From positions 62,311,131 to 62,364,760 of the forward strand of contig NC_068985.1 of assembly GCF_001194135.2 (NCBI RefSeq): DNA of 53,630 nt, written 5' to 3'. Under the pieces are notes generated by a model that worked only from the letters and a program-made list of their open reading frames with translations, made no database searches and had not been told where the DNA came from. Origin of the DNA: Octopus bimaculoides. Lineage: Eukaryota. Of the stretch, positions 12,031 to 23,639 are shown one piece after another (position 1 is the first letter of the stretch; the number at the start of each line of letters is the position of its first letter). A program made the position numbers and the translations under genes.

Positions 12031-13170
12031 CATTTCTAATGAAGTTCACTGATTTTTTAATGTGTTGTCCTGTCTACATAAGCTTCTAGTTTGTATATTT
12101 ACAAACCATTGGCGAACATGAGTTATATTGTAGTGAATGTTTGTGTGTACGTGCGCGTGTATGCGTTTGAAAGAGCGAGAGAGACGAGGGAGAGAGGAAG
12201 AGAGAGAGAGGGGGAGAAAGGAATAGAGAACGGGAGCAATGAAGAGAGAGAAACAGAAGAAGGGAGAACGGAAGAGAGTTATAAAATAGCAATGCGTGCG
12301 CGTGTTTATATAAGAAACACACACAAAGTAAATCTTATATCTATAATGTTGATGTGTGTATGTGTTTATGTGTATGTTGTTGTCACAGATCACGTATGTG
12401 TGGTTGTGTGTGTTTTTACGTTTCTATGTTATGAAAGATATGTTAGAGATAGAGGGATAGAAGAAAGCTATTAAATGGGAGAGAAGAAGAACGAAGTAAG
12501 AGTGAAAAGGTAGATAAGAAGGAAAGAAGAGTCTTAAACAAAGTTAATCTATGACTTTGTATATATCACTTTCTCTCTCTCTCTCTCTCTCTCTNNNNNN
12601 NNNNNNNNNNNNNNNNNNNNNNNNNNNNNNNNNNNNNNNNNNNNNNNNNNNNNNNNNNNNNNNNNNNNNNNNNNNNNNNNNNNNNNNNNNNNNNNNNNNN
12701 NNNNNNNNNNNNNNNNNNNNNNNNNNNNNNNNNNNNNNNNNNNNNNNNNNNNNNNNNNNNNNNNNNNNNNNNNNNNNNNNNNNNNNNNNNNNNNNNNNNN
12801 NNNNNNNNNNNNNNNNNNNNNNNNNNNNNNNNNNNNNNNNNNNNNNNNNNNNNNNNNNNNNNNNNNNNNNNNNNNNNNNNNNNNNNNNNNNNNNNNNNNN
12901 NNNNNNNNNNNNNNNNNNNNNNNNNNNNNNNNNNNNNNNNNNNNNNNNNNNNNNNNNNNNNNNNNNNNNNNNNNNNNNNNNNNNNNNNNNNNNNNNNNNN
13001 NNNNNNNNNNNNNNNNNNNNNNNNNNNNNNNNNNNNNNNNNNNNNNNNNNNNNNNNNNNNNNNNNNNNNNNNNNNNNNNNNNNNNNNNNNNNNNNNNNNN
13101 NNNNNNNNNNNNNNNNNNNNNNNNNNNNNNNNNNNNNNNNNNNNNNNNNNNNNNNNNNNNNNNNNNNNNN

Positions 13171-13175
13171 TTATT

Positions 13176-13211
<36 letters not shown>

Positions 13212-13835
13212 ATATGAAAACTCAGCTTATTTGCTGAGTATGACAGAAAGTGTCAACTGTCCACAGACAACAGACTAAGGTAACACTTGTTTACTGGTCA
13301 TGCTGCAAGAACCCTGCGAAGAATTATTGCAGTTCCAAGCAATGCTGATTTTTGTAGGTGTTCTACCTTCACACTTGCACCGATCTTTTTCAGTCATGTT
13401 GGTAGATGCGTGCTGATACTTCCAAGTGCACCAATTACTATTGGTATAACGTCTATCTCTTCATTGACCAAAGCCTTCATATTTCCCCACTTCAAATCGT
13501 CATAGTTGTCTATTTTTTCTTCTTTTACATTCATCCTGTTGTCACCAGGGCATGCTATATCGATCATCATATATGTTTTTTTTTCTTTTTTATTCACCAC
13601 AACAATGTCCGGTTTCCGATGTCTAGTCGGTTGATCGCAATGGATCATTGCATCCCACAGGATTTTGCAATTCTCATTTTCTGTGACTCCTTCTTGAGTT
13701 TTCTCATACCACGTCTTTGCTCTTTGTAGGCCGTGATTTCCACAGAGTTCCCAATGGATCATTCTTGCCACATTGTCATTGCATCTTTTGTAGTCGAGTT
13801 GTGCTAGTTGCAGGCATTCGCTAACGATGTGTCGT
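13171..13835 (-). mobile_element. R4/Dong-type non-LTR retrotransposon, 5'-truncated 3' end with (AAC)n tail
   Basis: ORF 13394-13885: HIVSEC..LAQLDYKR.NDNVARMIHWELC (end of CCHC finger), ILWD, RKPDIVVV...IDIACPGD (PD..D restriction-like endonuclease). Confidence 0.85.
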
Positions 13836-13861
13836 TTTATCATCATTATTATTATTATTAT

Positions 13862-14275
13862 TCCAGTGGTTATGGAAGCGGACACGCGGTCGTAGAATCA
13901 CGGTTTCGATTCCCAGCCTGGGCGCTGGGAGTGTTTATTGAGCTAAAACACTTAAAGCTCCACGAAGCTCAGGCAGGGGGTGGTGGCGAACCCTGCTATG
14001 CTCTTTCACCACAACTTTCTCTCACTCTTTCTTCTTGTTTCTGTTGTACCTGTATTTCAAAGGACCGGCCTTGTCACACTGTGAATCTGCCCTTGAATTA
14101 CGCTGAGAGTACACGTGTCTGTGGAGTGCTCAGCCACTTGCTCGTTAATTTCGCGAGCAGGTTCCACATTCGAGTTACTTTTATTTCCAGGTCTTTGTAT
14201 TTTGAAAGTCTCTCCATTTTTTTTTAAAGATCAGATCAACTGGAACCCTCGTCGTAACTGACGGAGTTCCACGAT
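13862..14275 (+). mobile_element. tRNA-derived SINE family D with an internal R4 fragment
   Basis: B-box-like ggtttcgattccc at about 13902. Non-coding body is interrupted at 14161-14225 by antisense R4 endonuclease sequence. Flanked by (ATT)n. Confidence 0.6.
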
Positions 14276-14310
14276 TATTATCATATTATTATTATTATCA
14301 TATTATGTAT

Positions 14311-14580
14311 TATTAAGAAAGAAATGCATTCTAATCGATGTATCAATACCAACAGATGACAACGTTTCTTTAAAAGAAATGGAGAAACTTTCAAAATACA
14401 AAGACTTGGAAATAGAGGTATCTCGAATGTGGAGTCTATAAATAGAAACAATCCCTATCACTGTAGACGCATTAGATATGATAAAAAAATTGCTAACAAG
14501 TATATATAACAAGTATATACTAACAAGTATACATAACATACAGAAAATAGCACAACTAGGCACCGCACACATCCTATGTT
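14311..14580 (+). mobile_element. R4/Dong-type element, endonuclease C-terminus
   Basis: Translates KKCILIDVSIPTDDNVSLKEMEKLSKYKDLEIEVSRMW...NIQKIAQLGTAHIL. Confidence 0.85.
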
Positions 14581-14679
14581 AAACATTTATTCATGGAATG
14601 TTTTATATATTTTATAATTATTGGTGCTACCTTGTTCATGGTTAGTATTTCTAGGATCCATATGTGGCAATTACTATCA

Positions 14680-16415
14680 AAAGCCTTTCGGTAATCGATC
14701 CAGGCCATACTTCTTTTTGCGGCTGTCTTCAGTTATAGCTTTATTGATCAGTAGCTGATCTTTCAGCCGTGTGAGCCCCTGCACCAACCCTTCTGTTTTT
14801 CTGGAAACAAGTTGTTTTCTTCCAGGTGCTTGTTCATTCTCTGCGATATTATAGCAGTAAAGGCTTTGTAAATTGTAGTGAGACAAGTTATCGGTCTGTA
14901 ATTTTGGGGGTTTGCCGTTTCAGTGGATTTGGGAATTAGGATAGTTTTCCCTTCCGTGAGCCATTCAAGCATTTTCTCTGGCTCTGCTAGTATTTCATTA
15001 AATTTCTCAGCCAGCTTTTTATATGTTCCTGTTCGGTATTTTAACCAGAAGTTGGAGATCTTATCGTGCCCGGGTACCTTCCCGTTGCTTAGTTTTGCAG
15101 TGCCTGGCTGACCTCTTCGGTCATTATAGGGGTCCAGAGTTGTTCAGGTGCTGAGTTCGCTGTTTTGATAGACTTTTTCTGAAGTTGTTCCTTCGCCGAC
15201 TATATTTCTTTCCAAACTTCCTCCGCTTCTTCTGCTGTTGGTGCTGCATTGATCTCTGGTCTATTTTTGCCAAGTTCTTGGTAGAATCTTTTGGGGCTGG
15301 AGTTGAAGTGTTTGTTTTGTTTAAAAAACGTTGGCGTTTCTCATACCAACGGATTCTTTGTGCTTTGGCGAGGATATCTTGCTGTAGCTGTTCTTTTACC
15401 TCAGGCATACCTTGTTCTGTAATTTTGTATTTACGTACTATTTTTCTTCTCTTCTTGTTCCTTAGTAGTGTTGATTGTCAACTAGTTTCATTAAGAATTG
15501 ACAGATCCTTTCCCTTATTTTTTTTTTGGGGGGGGGGGTATTATTTATCCACAGGATTTGTTTGGGTGGTGGTACTCCTGTTTGGATGGGTTTGAGGGAG
15601 TAACCAGCTTCTTTCGTAGTCACAGCGGCTGCTGCATATATTATACGATTGAGCCTGGTCATATTGACATTTGTTTCTGTGGCTATGACAGTCCAGTTCA
15701 TGCTATTTATTATTGTTGTTTTGTTATCAATTATGATTTTTGGGAGGTACAATCGATGGTGCGTACTGAAATCTATGGCTTTCAATTATTTGATTATTCT
15801 CATTTTTAGAGTATCATAATTATTAGCTTCACCTTCACTGTTTCCAGGTTTTAGATTTGTTTCGTATCCCCTCCCGTTTATATTTTTGTCTGTGATGTTC
15901 TGGTTTGGTGCATTTTGTTCATCATTATATAATCCTAGGTTTTGGGTCTGTTGTCTCACGTTGTTTACTTCGTTTTTGTTGGACATGCTTTACAGTTTCA
16001 ATGCCTATGATATTATTTGGCATTGCAGTGTGGTTACTATCTACATTTTCCTGATGTATTTTTCCTTTTAAGTGTTCTGTTTCTATTTCTGATATTTTTT
16101 TGCTTTGAGAATATATCTCCGTATTTTAGCGTGTTGATTAGGGTTCATTGCTGTATCCAAATCTTTATCTAGGTTATTTTTCTTCCAGATTTTACATGTA
16201 TATGTTGCTGTGTTTTCGTTTTGTGGGTAGAGTACTGCTGCAAAATAAGCGTGTAGGATTGAAATATATTCCTCGCGCGTCCATTTATGCTTTTTTGATT
16301 TTATTTGCAGGACATGAGGAATAACGTCCGGCGCTTTATTTTGATGGTCATCATTTTTGTAGGGTACCGGTCCGTTTATTTCTGGTGTTAAATGGTTTTG
16401 CACGTGTGTGTGCAT
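14680..16415 (-). mobile_element. R4/Dong-type element, N-terminal region through early RT, frameshifted
   Basis: Successive ORFs: HKWTREEYISILHAY; QDILAKAQRIRWYEKRQ; WLTEGKTILIPK...NYRPITCLTTIYKAFTAII...EKQKG; KDQLLINKAITED. Confidence 0.85.
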
Positions 16416-16875
16416 TGGGTATGTGCTGTGGTTTGTTGTGGTGCTCTTATTTTTACTGTATTGAAAGTGTTTTACATGGGATGTGTGCGGTGCCTAGTAG
16501 TGCTGTTCTCTGCATGTTATATGTACTTATTAGTCCTAGTCGTTTTGTTATGTATTTGTCTGGATATTTTTTATCCTACCTTATGCGACTACTATGAACG
16601 GAATTGTTTCTGTTTTTAGACTTCACATTCGAGTTACATCTATTTCCAGGTCTTCGTATTTTGAAAGTTTTTCCGTTTCTTTTAGAGAAACATTGTCATT
16701 TGTTGGTGTTGATACATTGATTAGAAAGCAATTTTTCTTGTTGATCTCTGACAACTGTATCCTAGTATGGTTGCTTTCTCATTTTCTGTGACCTTTTCTG
16801 GCGTGTGCCCATACCTTCTTTTATGTGTTCTTATTCCATAGAGTTGGCATAGCTTTCAGTGTATATAGATCCCAA
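16416..16875 (-). mobile_element. R4/Dong-type element, endonuclease end plus start of 3' UTR
   Basis: Reverse complement is highly similar to 14311-14580 and ends LLGTAHIPCKTLSIQ*. Confidence 0.85.
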
Positions 16876-16878
16876 ATC

Positions 16879-16937
<59 letters not shown>

Positions 16938-17700
16938 TCTCTTTATCACAGGTTTGTTGGAGCTCCTGAAGTTTTGCATGCGTAGTGGGCTTACTACCTG
17001 CAGCCTATGGCATGCTATTCGTTCTTTTCAGCTATCTAATACTTTCCTGATTATTCTGGCCATGCCAAGGATGCAAGCCTTTTGTATCAGTTCTACTGGG
17101 AACTCTATTTCCAATTTGCTTTATATCCCTTTTGATGCCTTCTGATACTGTTTCCAAGGACCAAACACTAATTGAAACTATCTTCACTTTCTTCATTTTC
17201 CACAGCCGGGCTATTTTGTACTTAAGAGGGTTGTATCTATCTATCTATCTATTCGCCTTCCTTCTTGACTATTTGTGGGTCAAAGGGGCATGCAACATCA
17301 ACTACATAGTATATGTGGGGCACCTTGTCCATCACCACTAATACCTAATCTGTTTGGATTGGGAAATCCCAGAGGATTTTGTTAGTTACCGACTCTGCCA
17401 CTTTCTTCGGTTTGTACTCATACTACGTTTTGCTTCTCTCTAGCCCCACTTTTCGCACAGTTTCCAATGTATCTCTTTTCCTACCTGGTCGTGTCGCCAC
17501 TACTTGCAGTGGTTTGGGGCAAGTCTATGGCATTCGTTCGTGATATGGGCACTGGTTTCATCCATTCTATTGCAGATGCGGTACAGCGGAGACACTTGCT
17601 AATTCCTCAAGTTGCCCTCCAGTTCGTGGCCATAGCTTGGTCCTGTGCTGCCAGTATAGTGCTCTCGGTCTCTTTTTTTTTTGGGGGGGGGGGTTAAATC
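16876..17700 (-). mobile_element. R4/Dong-type element (different subfamily), finger/endonuclease end with (CTA)n tail
   Basis: Reverse strand reads ...KILWDFPIQTD...VVDVACPFD...ELIQKACILGMARIIRKVLDS*, then a UTR and (TAG)n at about 16880-16936. Confidence 0.75.
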
Positions 17701-18233
17701 AGAGTGTTCCTTCTCCTAGATAAACTGCCAACCAAGGCTAACGAGTTCTGTCTACCCGTTTTCGGAATGGCCATTTACTCTTCTGAGTTCCCCTGCCCTC
17801 TGTCAGGTTTTAATCCACTCTCCTCACCAAGCATGCTTAGTGGGGTTGTCGGTTTAGTCGCCGATGACTCGATGGTTTCACAACGCCACTTGTTAATCAT
17901 TCTGGGTAATTATCTTTCTGGATAATTATTTACTTGTTCACTTTTATAATTTCACTATAACTATCTTATTATTTACTTGTTCACTACTATAGTTTCACAA
18001 TTATTACTATACATATATTATTAATAGAAGGCCGAGGGGTCCTAATATTGTCTCCCCTGATTTCTTTAGACAAAAAATAATGGAAGATTTCCGGCTGCTG
18101 GTTTAGCTACTGCTGATGCTGCGGCGTTAAATAGAGAAGCGGTTTTGTTGTAAACTAATACAGGCTTTTTGATTGGACAGCTATTTGACATGATTGGTGG
18201 TGGATTTTTGAGAGTAGCGTCGATAAGTTGGAA

Positions 18234-19019
18234 CTAGCATAGCTATTGTATAAAAATTTATAAATAACATCTCAAAGTTTTAAAAAAACTATAGTATAAA
18301 ACACCCCATCGTATTTACGATAAAGGATATCTATCTATAAACATCTCAAGGTTTTAGCAAGCATAGAAAGTGATAGAAAAGGCTTACACAAATGGCCATT
18401 CTATCGTATGGGTGCCTACAGCATCACTGAGAACTCATTAGAAGAGCCGGTAGAGAGAGAGGGGTCGAAGAGGAAGCAGGCAGGTAAGTTGGCCAAAATT
18501 CCAGCGTGAGGATGAATTTATGTAAAGAAATCTAGATTTTGGGGGAGGACCTAGCATAGCTAAGATATAGAAATTAATAAGCAACATCTCAAAGTTTAAA
18601 AAAAAACTATAGTGTAAAACACCCCATCGTATTTACGATAAAGGAATCTATCTATGGAAAATCACATCGTAGTTAAGATATAAAAAAATCTATTAACATC
18701 TCAAAGTTTTAGCAAACATCGAAAGTAATATAAAAGGTTTACACATTGTTGGGGAGAGCTGCCTAAATGACCATCCTATCGTAAGACTGCCTACAGAAGC
18801 ACTGAGAACCCATTAAAAGAGGAGGAGTAAAGAGAGAGGGGGCGAAGAGGAAGCAGGCAGGTAAGCTCGCCAAAATTCCAGCGTGGGGACGAATTTATGT
18901 ATAGAAATCTAGATTTTTGGGGAGGACCTAGCATAGCTAAGATATAATAATTTATAAACATCTCAAAGTTTTTAAAAAAACTGTAGCATAAAACACTCCA
19001 TCGTATTTACGATACAGGA

Positions 19020-19020
<1 letters not shown>
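18234..19020. repeat. Tandem repeat of about 320-380 bp, about 2.3 copies
   Basis: Units begin ctagcatagcta at about 18234, 18550 and 18928 and share acatctcaaag, caccccatcgtatttacgata and gaagaggaagcaggcaggtaag. Confidence 0.85.
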
Positions 19021-19095
<75 letters not shown>

Positions 19096-19259
19096 CTTTC
19101 TCCGTTTTCTTCCTCTGTTTAGACGAACTTTCCTACCTTTTCGGACAAAACCTTTTGTAACCTTCGTCCTGTCTTTGTCCTTACATGTTTTTAATTGATA
19201 TTAGCCCTTGTGGCCAATAAAACGAATTAATTATTATTGTTGTTGTTGTTGTTGTTGTT

Positions 19260-20419
19260 TTTGATTTGACTCAGGTTCTTTCTTATTCTTTGTAGAACTT
19301 GTGTGAGTAGCGGGTTACTACATGTAACCTTAGGTTACTTCCGGCTTCAAATCTCCATTCTGACTAAGCTTCCAGTGCAAAACTTTCACAACTTGCCTCC
19401 ACTTCTTATAATCTGCAACAATGTGTGCCATTGGTTCATCCCAAATTCCACATACACTGTATTTTGCTGACACCTTTTCCCTATACACATATTTTCTCAA
19501 TTTATTTTTAACGCTTGATCTTGAGCTGCTGTAATAAGGCTCTCTGTTCCCTTTTTTAATTCCTTATTCTTCAATCCCAAGCTTTTGCCCCACGTACATC
19601 TTCAGTAGCTCTCCAAATCTGACCATGCAAAGAAGGTTTCTTTTCAATCTGTTTGACATGCTCTCTTTGAATTTCATTCTCGTCCTTTTCTCCAGTTCCA
19701 TACTTGATCACCTATGCTTTATTCAGTGCCTTTAGTAATTTCTCTGTGCTGTTTTGTAAATATTTTAGTAGTCTTTCTCTGTACACACTCTTCCACAGCA
19801 ATTAAGCCTCTTTCACCCAGATCTCTCTTCAAGTACAAACGGTTAATATCAGCTTTCAGATGGTTACTGCCATGCATTTTCAACAGCTTTCTACTTTTTC
19901 TGCCAAGTTTCTGCATGTCGCTTTCGGTCCAATCTACAATTCCAACTGCATATCTGATTACGGGTATTGCTCTTGTATTTGTTACTTCAATAATATTTCT
20001 TGACTTAAACTTTGACTAATATTATTCTCACTCGTCTTGTATACTCCCTACTGGTAATTTTGCTTCATCTCTTCACGTTTTATTTCAACTGTCTCCAGAA
20101 TTCCCAAATACTTATACCACTGTCCTTTCTCGACTACTTTCATTGTTTGTTCATTTAAAATTTCAATTTCCTGGTTTCCTTTAAATCTTTCTCATTTCAT
20201 TATCAATATACCGCACCTTTCAATCACAAATTCCATACCTACATTATTTGAAAAAATGCAAACAGCATATACATGACTTTCAACATGCTTCTCATTTTAC
20301 ACATAAATCTTTATATCATCCATAAAAAGATGATTTATCTGAGCATATTTTTTTCCCAAATCATAAGTTATTTTAACTCTTCGTAATATCAAACTGAGTG
20401 GTATCATAGTCAATACAAA

Positions 20420-20420
<1 letters not shown>
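19260..20420 (-). mobile_element. R4/Dong-type element, RT domains 5-9 and start of finger region, degenerate
   Basis: LFMDDIK (YADD-equivalent) at about 20302-20325; MHGSNHLKADINRLYLKRDLGERGLIAVEECV; GTESLITAAQDQAL. Confidence 0.8.
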
Positions 20421-20495
<75 letters not shown>

Positions 20496-20499
20496 AAGA

Positions 20500-21340
20500 C
20501 TTATTTTTATCGCGTGCTTTCACTGCACGATTATGCTTTGGGATTTTGCTTTGTCTATTTCTTTTCTGTTTAGTTTAACCCAATATTTGCCATGTAGGGG
20601 ATTTTCTCGACATCGTTTTACCATGATCTGTTGCTGTTCCAGTTTTAGTTTGGATTTCAGTTCTTTTACAGCTTTTGTCGCTTCTTTTTCTTCATAGTTA
20701 AAAATCCTTCAGTCTTTGCTTTGAGTCCTGAGCTTCTCAGACATTATTAGGACTTTGCTTTGTCTATTTCTTTTCTGTTTAGCTTAACCCAATATTTGCC
20801 ATGTAGGGGATTTTGACATCGTTTTACTATGATCCGTTACTGTACTATGACTTCTTTTTTGTATTTGTCAGCTTCCTTAAAGACTGAAGACAGTCCTTTT
20901 GTTTTGTATTTTGTAGCTATTTGTATTTATTTTCCTTGCTTCTGAAGAAGGTATTTCTGTAGGCCTATGGTGGTTATTTTGTAATAGTTTTCTAGCTGTA
21001 TAAGGCCCCTACCACCTTCGATACGTTGTATAAATAGCCTTTCTATGTCAGATTTTGGATGGTGCATCCTAAATCTTGTCATTATTTTTCTTGTTTTCCT
21101 GTCTATTTTGATTAGTCCAGTTAAGGATATTGTAGCTGTAACTATAACTGGGACGGCTAGTGTTGATACCTATTATCTTGTTTTTCGCATTGAGCTGTTT
21201 TTGGTATTAATCTAACTCATCTATAGTATTCTTTTCTTAGTTTCTCTTTCATTTGTCCAGTTAAGAATATTGTAGTTGTAACTTACAACTGGGTACTACT
21301 ACCACCTTTTCAGCAACTACAACTGCTTAACTTCCTAAGC
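20500..21340 (-). mobile_element. R4/Dong-type fragment with internal duplications
   Basis: TLAVPVIVYSYNILNW...RMHHPKSDIERLFIQRIEGGRALIQLE. About 90 bp is duplicated (20540 vs 20750). Ends at (ATT)n 20423-20492. Confidence 0.75.
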
Positions 21341-21660
21341 TAACCTGTCATATCTATCGAATTTTCTTTCTTCCTTATCGCACACCTTGTTGTCAGCTGG
21401 ACATATCTATGATACAGCATCGTTTGCTTTCTTTCTCAATTAACACTATGTTTGGTTTCCTATTCTCTATCTCATGGTCGCACTGAAACATAAAATCCCA
21501 TAGGATTCTCCATCATTTTCGATGATGCCTTCGAGTTTATGTTCGTACCACTTTTTTACACTATCGAGTCCACACTTGTTGCAAAGTATCCAATGGATAA
21601 TCCTTGCTATATTGTCATGACGTCTCTTATATTCTTATATTCAAACCCGTAGACGAAAAT
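21341..21660 (-). mobile_element. R4/Dong-type fragment, finger/endonuclease
   Basis: Y.RRHDNIARIIHWILCNKCGLDSVKKWYEHKLEGIIEND. Confidence 0.75.
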
Positions 21661-21719
21661 GGTGCTCATCTTAGGGGATACTGACAACGTATCAATGGAG
21701 CGAAAGAGGATTGTTTCAA

Positions 21720-22255
21720 CTCACGGAATAGAAATTATGTGATCAACCTAGAGCAATAAGAAAAGATTGTTGGCTCACAGAAGTAGAGCTCAAAGCTATA
21801 AAAAGACAGGTATTGGGAAACAGCAGCCGAGGAAAAAATGACAATACAGTTCCTACTGATAAAAATAATCTCATAGCAGAAAAAAGAGATGAAATCTCTA
21901 ATAAACCACAGGAAAGGAACAGTGATAGCTTGCTTGATGAGAGACATATAGATGGTTTGGAAGAAGACAGTAAAACTAATGATGGCATGGCAGATGGACA
22001 AAAGTCAATCTACGACAGAATAAAGGCAAAGCTACAGGAGAACGATAGCTACATTATTTGTAACCTTAAAAAGGTTGATCGGTGGAAATTGAATCAAGAA
22101 ACGAAAAATGTGAATGAAATTCTCAAGTACATCAGAGCAAAAGTCATCACAGAAACAAATAATTTGATCAAGGCAGAAGAAATATAAATGGAAGTGACAA
22201 AAGAAAAGATCTATAGTGGAAAAGAAGAATACAGATATGGCTAGATATGCTCTCG
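21720..22255 (+). mobile_element. R4/Dong-type fragment, N-terminal region
   Basis: NLKKVDRWKLNQETKNVNEILKYIRAKVITETNNLIKA resembles the pre-RT region of this clade. Confidence 0.6.
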
Positions 22256-22259
22256 AAGG

Positions 22260-22680
22260 ACATTTCTATGCTAGACCGAAAAGCTATCTAGTTCGTGCAC
22301 TGTCCATGCAATTACCCCTTCTCCATATCCAAGTAGTGAAACCACCCAGGTGTTGATAGCTTCAATCTTATTCCGTCCGTTTAATTTCGACTTGAGGATC
22401 AGTTTCAGTCTGCGCAAGTACTCCGCCTTAAAATTTTCTGTAAATTCTTTCTCCATCAATTTATCCATTTCTAAAATCCCCAAGTACTTATAGCCCGTCT
22501 CTTCTATCTGCGTCATAACCTCCCCCGACAGTATCGCTAGCCCGTCCATACATTTGATTTTGCCTCTCTTCAAGACTAATAAAGTATACTTTTTCAGTCC
22601 GAACTCCATTCCGATATCAGCACTGAAGGTATACACCGTATCAACGAGGGAACTAACTTGGAATTCATCTTTACCATAAC
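22260..22680 (-). mobile_element. R4/Dong-type fragment, RT domains 6-8
   Basis: ORF 22271-22636: FSADIGMEFGLKK...YKYLGILE...EYLRRLKLILKSKLNGRNKIEAINTW. Confidence 0.9.
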
Positions 22681-22949
22681 ATTTCTTAAAATTTTTCCCT
22701 GACTACCCGAATATGTAAACATGCCTTTTATTGTAGCAACACAATTAAATACACGATAAAAAAACAAAAAGTTAAGGAGCTAAGCATCTGCCGATATACA
22801 CAAACTGCACAATTCCAAAAACTATAAACCACATCAAAACTTATAAATAGAAAAGAAAAATTTCAAATTGTTATTATCATTATTTGTTTTGTTTTTTTCA
22901 AACACTTTGCCGTAGACTTACAGTTACTATCATACAGTTCTTTATATTT

Positions 22950-23125
22950 AAGAGATGAGGAATTATGTACATTATTTACATTATTTACATTCGACAGATA
23001 TTTGTCCTCATCATGTTTGTTGTTAACACGTTTCGGCTGATATACCTTCCAGCCTTCTTCAGGTATCTTGGGGAAATTTTGAACCTGGGTTCTCATTCCT
23101 AAGGTATTTTTCGATGTTGTTGTTA

Positions 23126-23169
<44 letters not shown>

Positions 23170-23247
23170 GTTCAGATCACTGCTTGGAATCGAACTCGGA
23201 ATCTTGGGGTTAGTAGCCCGCGCCCTTAACCACTAAGCCATATGCCC
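22950..23247 (-). mobile_element. tRNA-derived SINE family C with internal (AAT)n and hammerhead-like 3' region
   Basis: Head 23170-23247: A box TGGCTTAGTGG, B box GAGTTCGATTCC, tRNA-Arg-like. Then (AAT)n, then CTGAAGA-a-GGCTG..CAGCC-GAAAC, and an (ATGTAAATA)-type tail. Confidence 0.7.
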
Positions 23248-23399
23248 TATCATGTTTCCCAACTAGAATTTGGATTCTATCAAGGAACTGAACATTGTCA
23301 GTTGATATATTTCCAAGAAACATTGTTATATTCTGAAACTAAAGCTGAGAAAATTATAAAGAAGTTGTTTTGTTTCTTAATTCATATTCAATTTTTCAG

Positions 23400-23639
23400 T
23401 GGAAAACCTGGCCTTTCAAAAGGAGAGTTGGATAAACAGTAAACGTCATATCAAAAGACACATCAGACACCAAGACAAAGATGGCCCGGCAGCTAGAGCT
23501 GTAGATGGGAAAATTAAATCTGTCCTACCCGAATGTACTACACTAGATAATTTATACGGTGAAAATCCGGTTTGGATGGTAGATCTTGGCCCGAGAACGA
23601 ATGTGTCTGGTGTTATCATCTATACATGGCAAAATCGAG
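23400..23639 (+). CDS. Exon: N-terminal half of an F-type-lectin (fucolectin/FTP)-like domain
   Basis: atttttcag acceptor, CGAG|gtgaga donor, 240 nt, phase 1-1. (V)ENLAFQK...PAARAVDG...ECTT...NPVWMVDLG...VSGVIIYTWQNR parallels FTL 'ENVA..K...A..AIDG..SCTH..NPWWRVDL..V.I.NR'. Confidence 0.9.

Noticed and set aside
23170-23247. tRNA gene
   Set aside because: The acceptor stem does not close and it is fused to (AAT)n and a repeat body, so it is treated as a SINE head. The same reasoning applies to 43371-43440 and 43698-43768.
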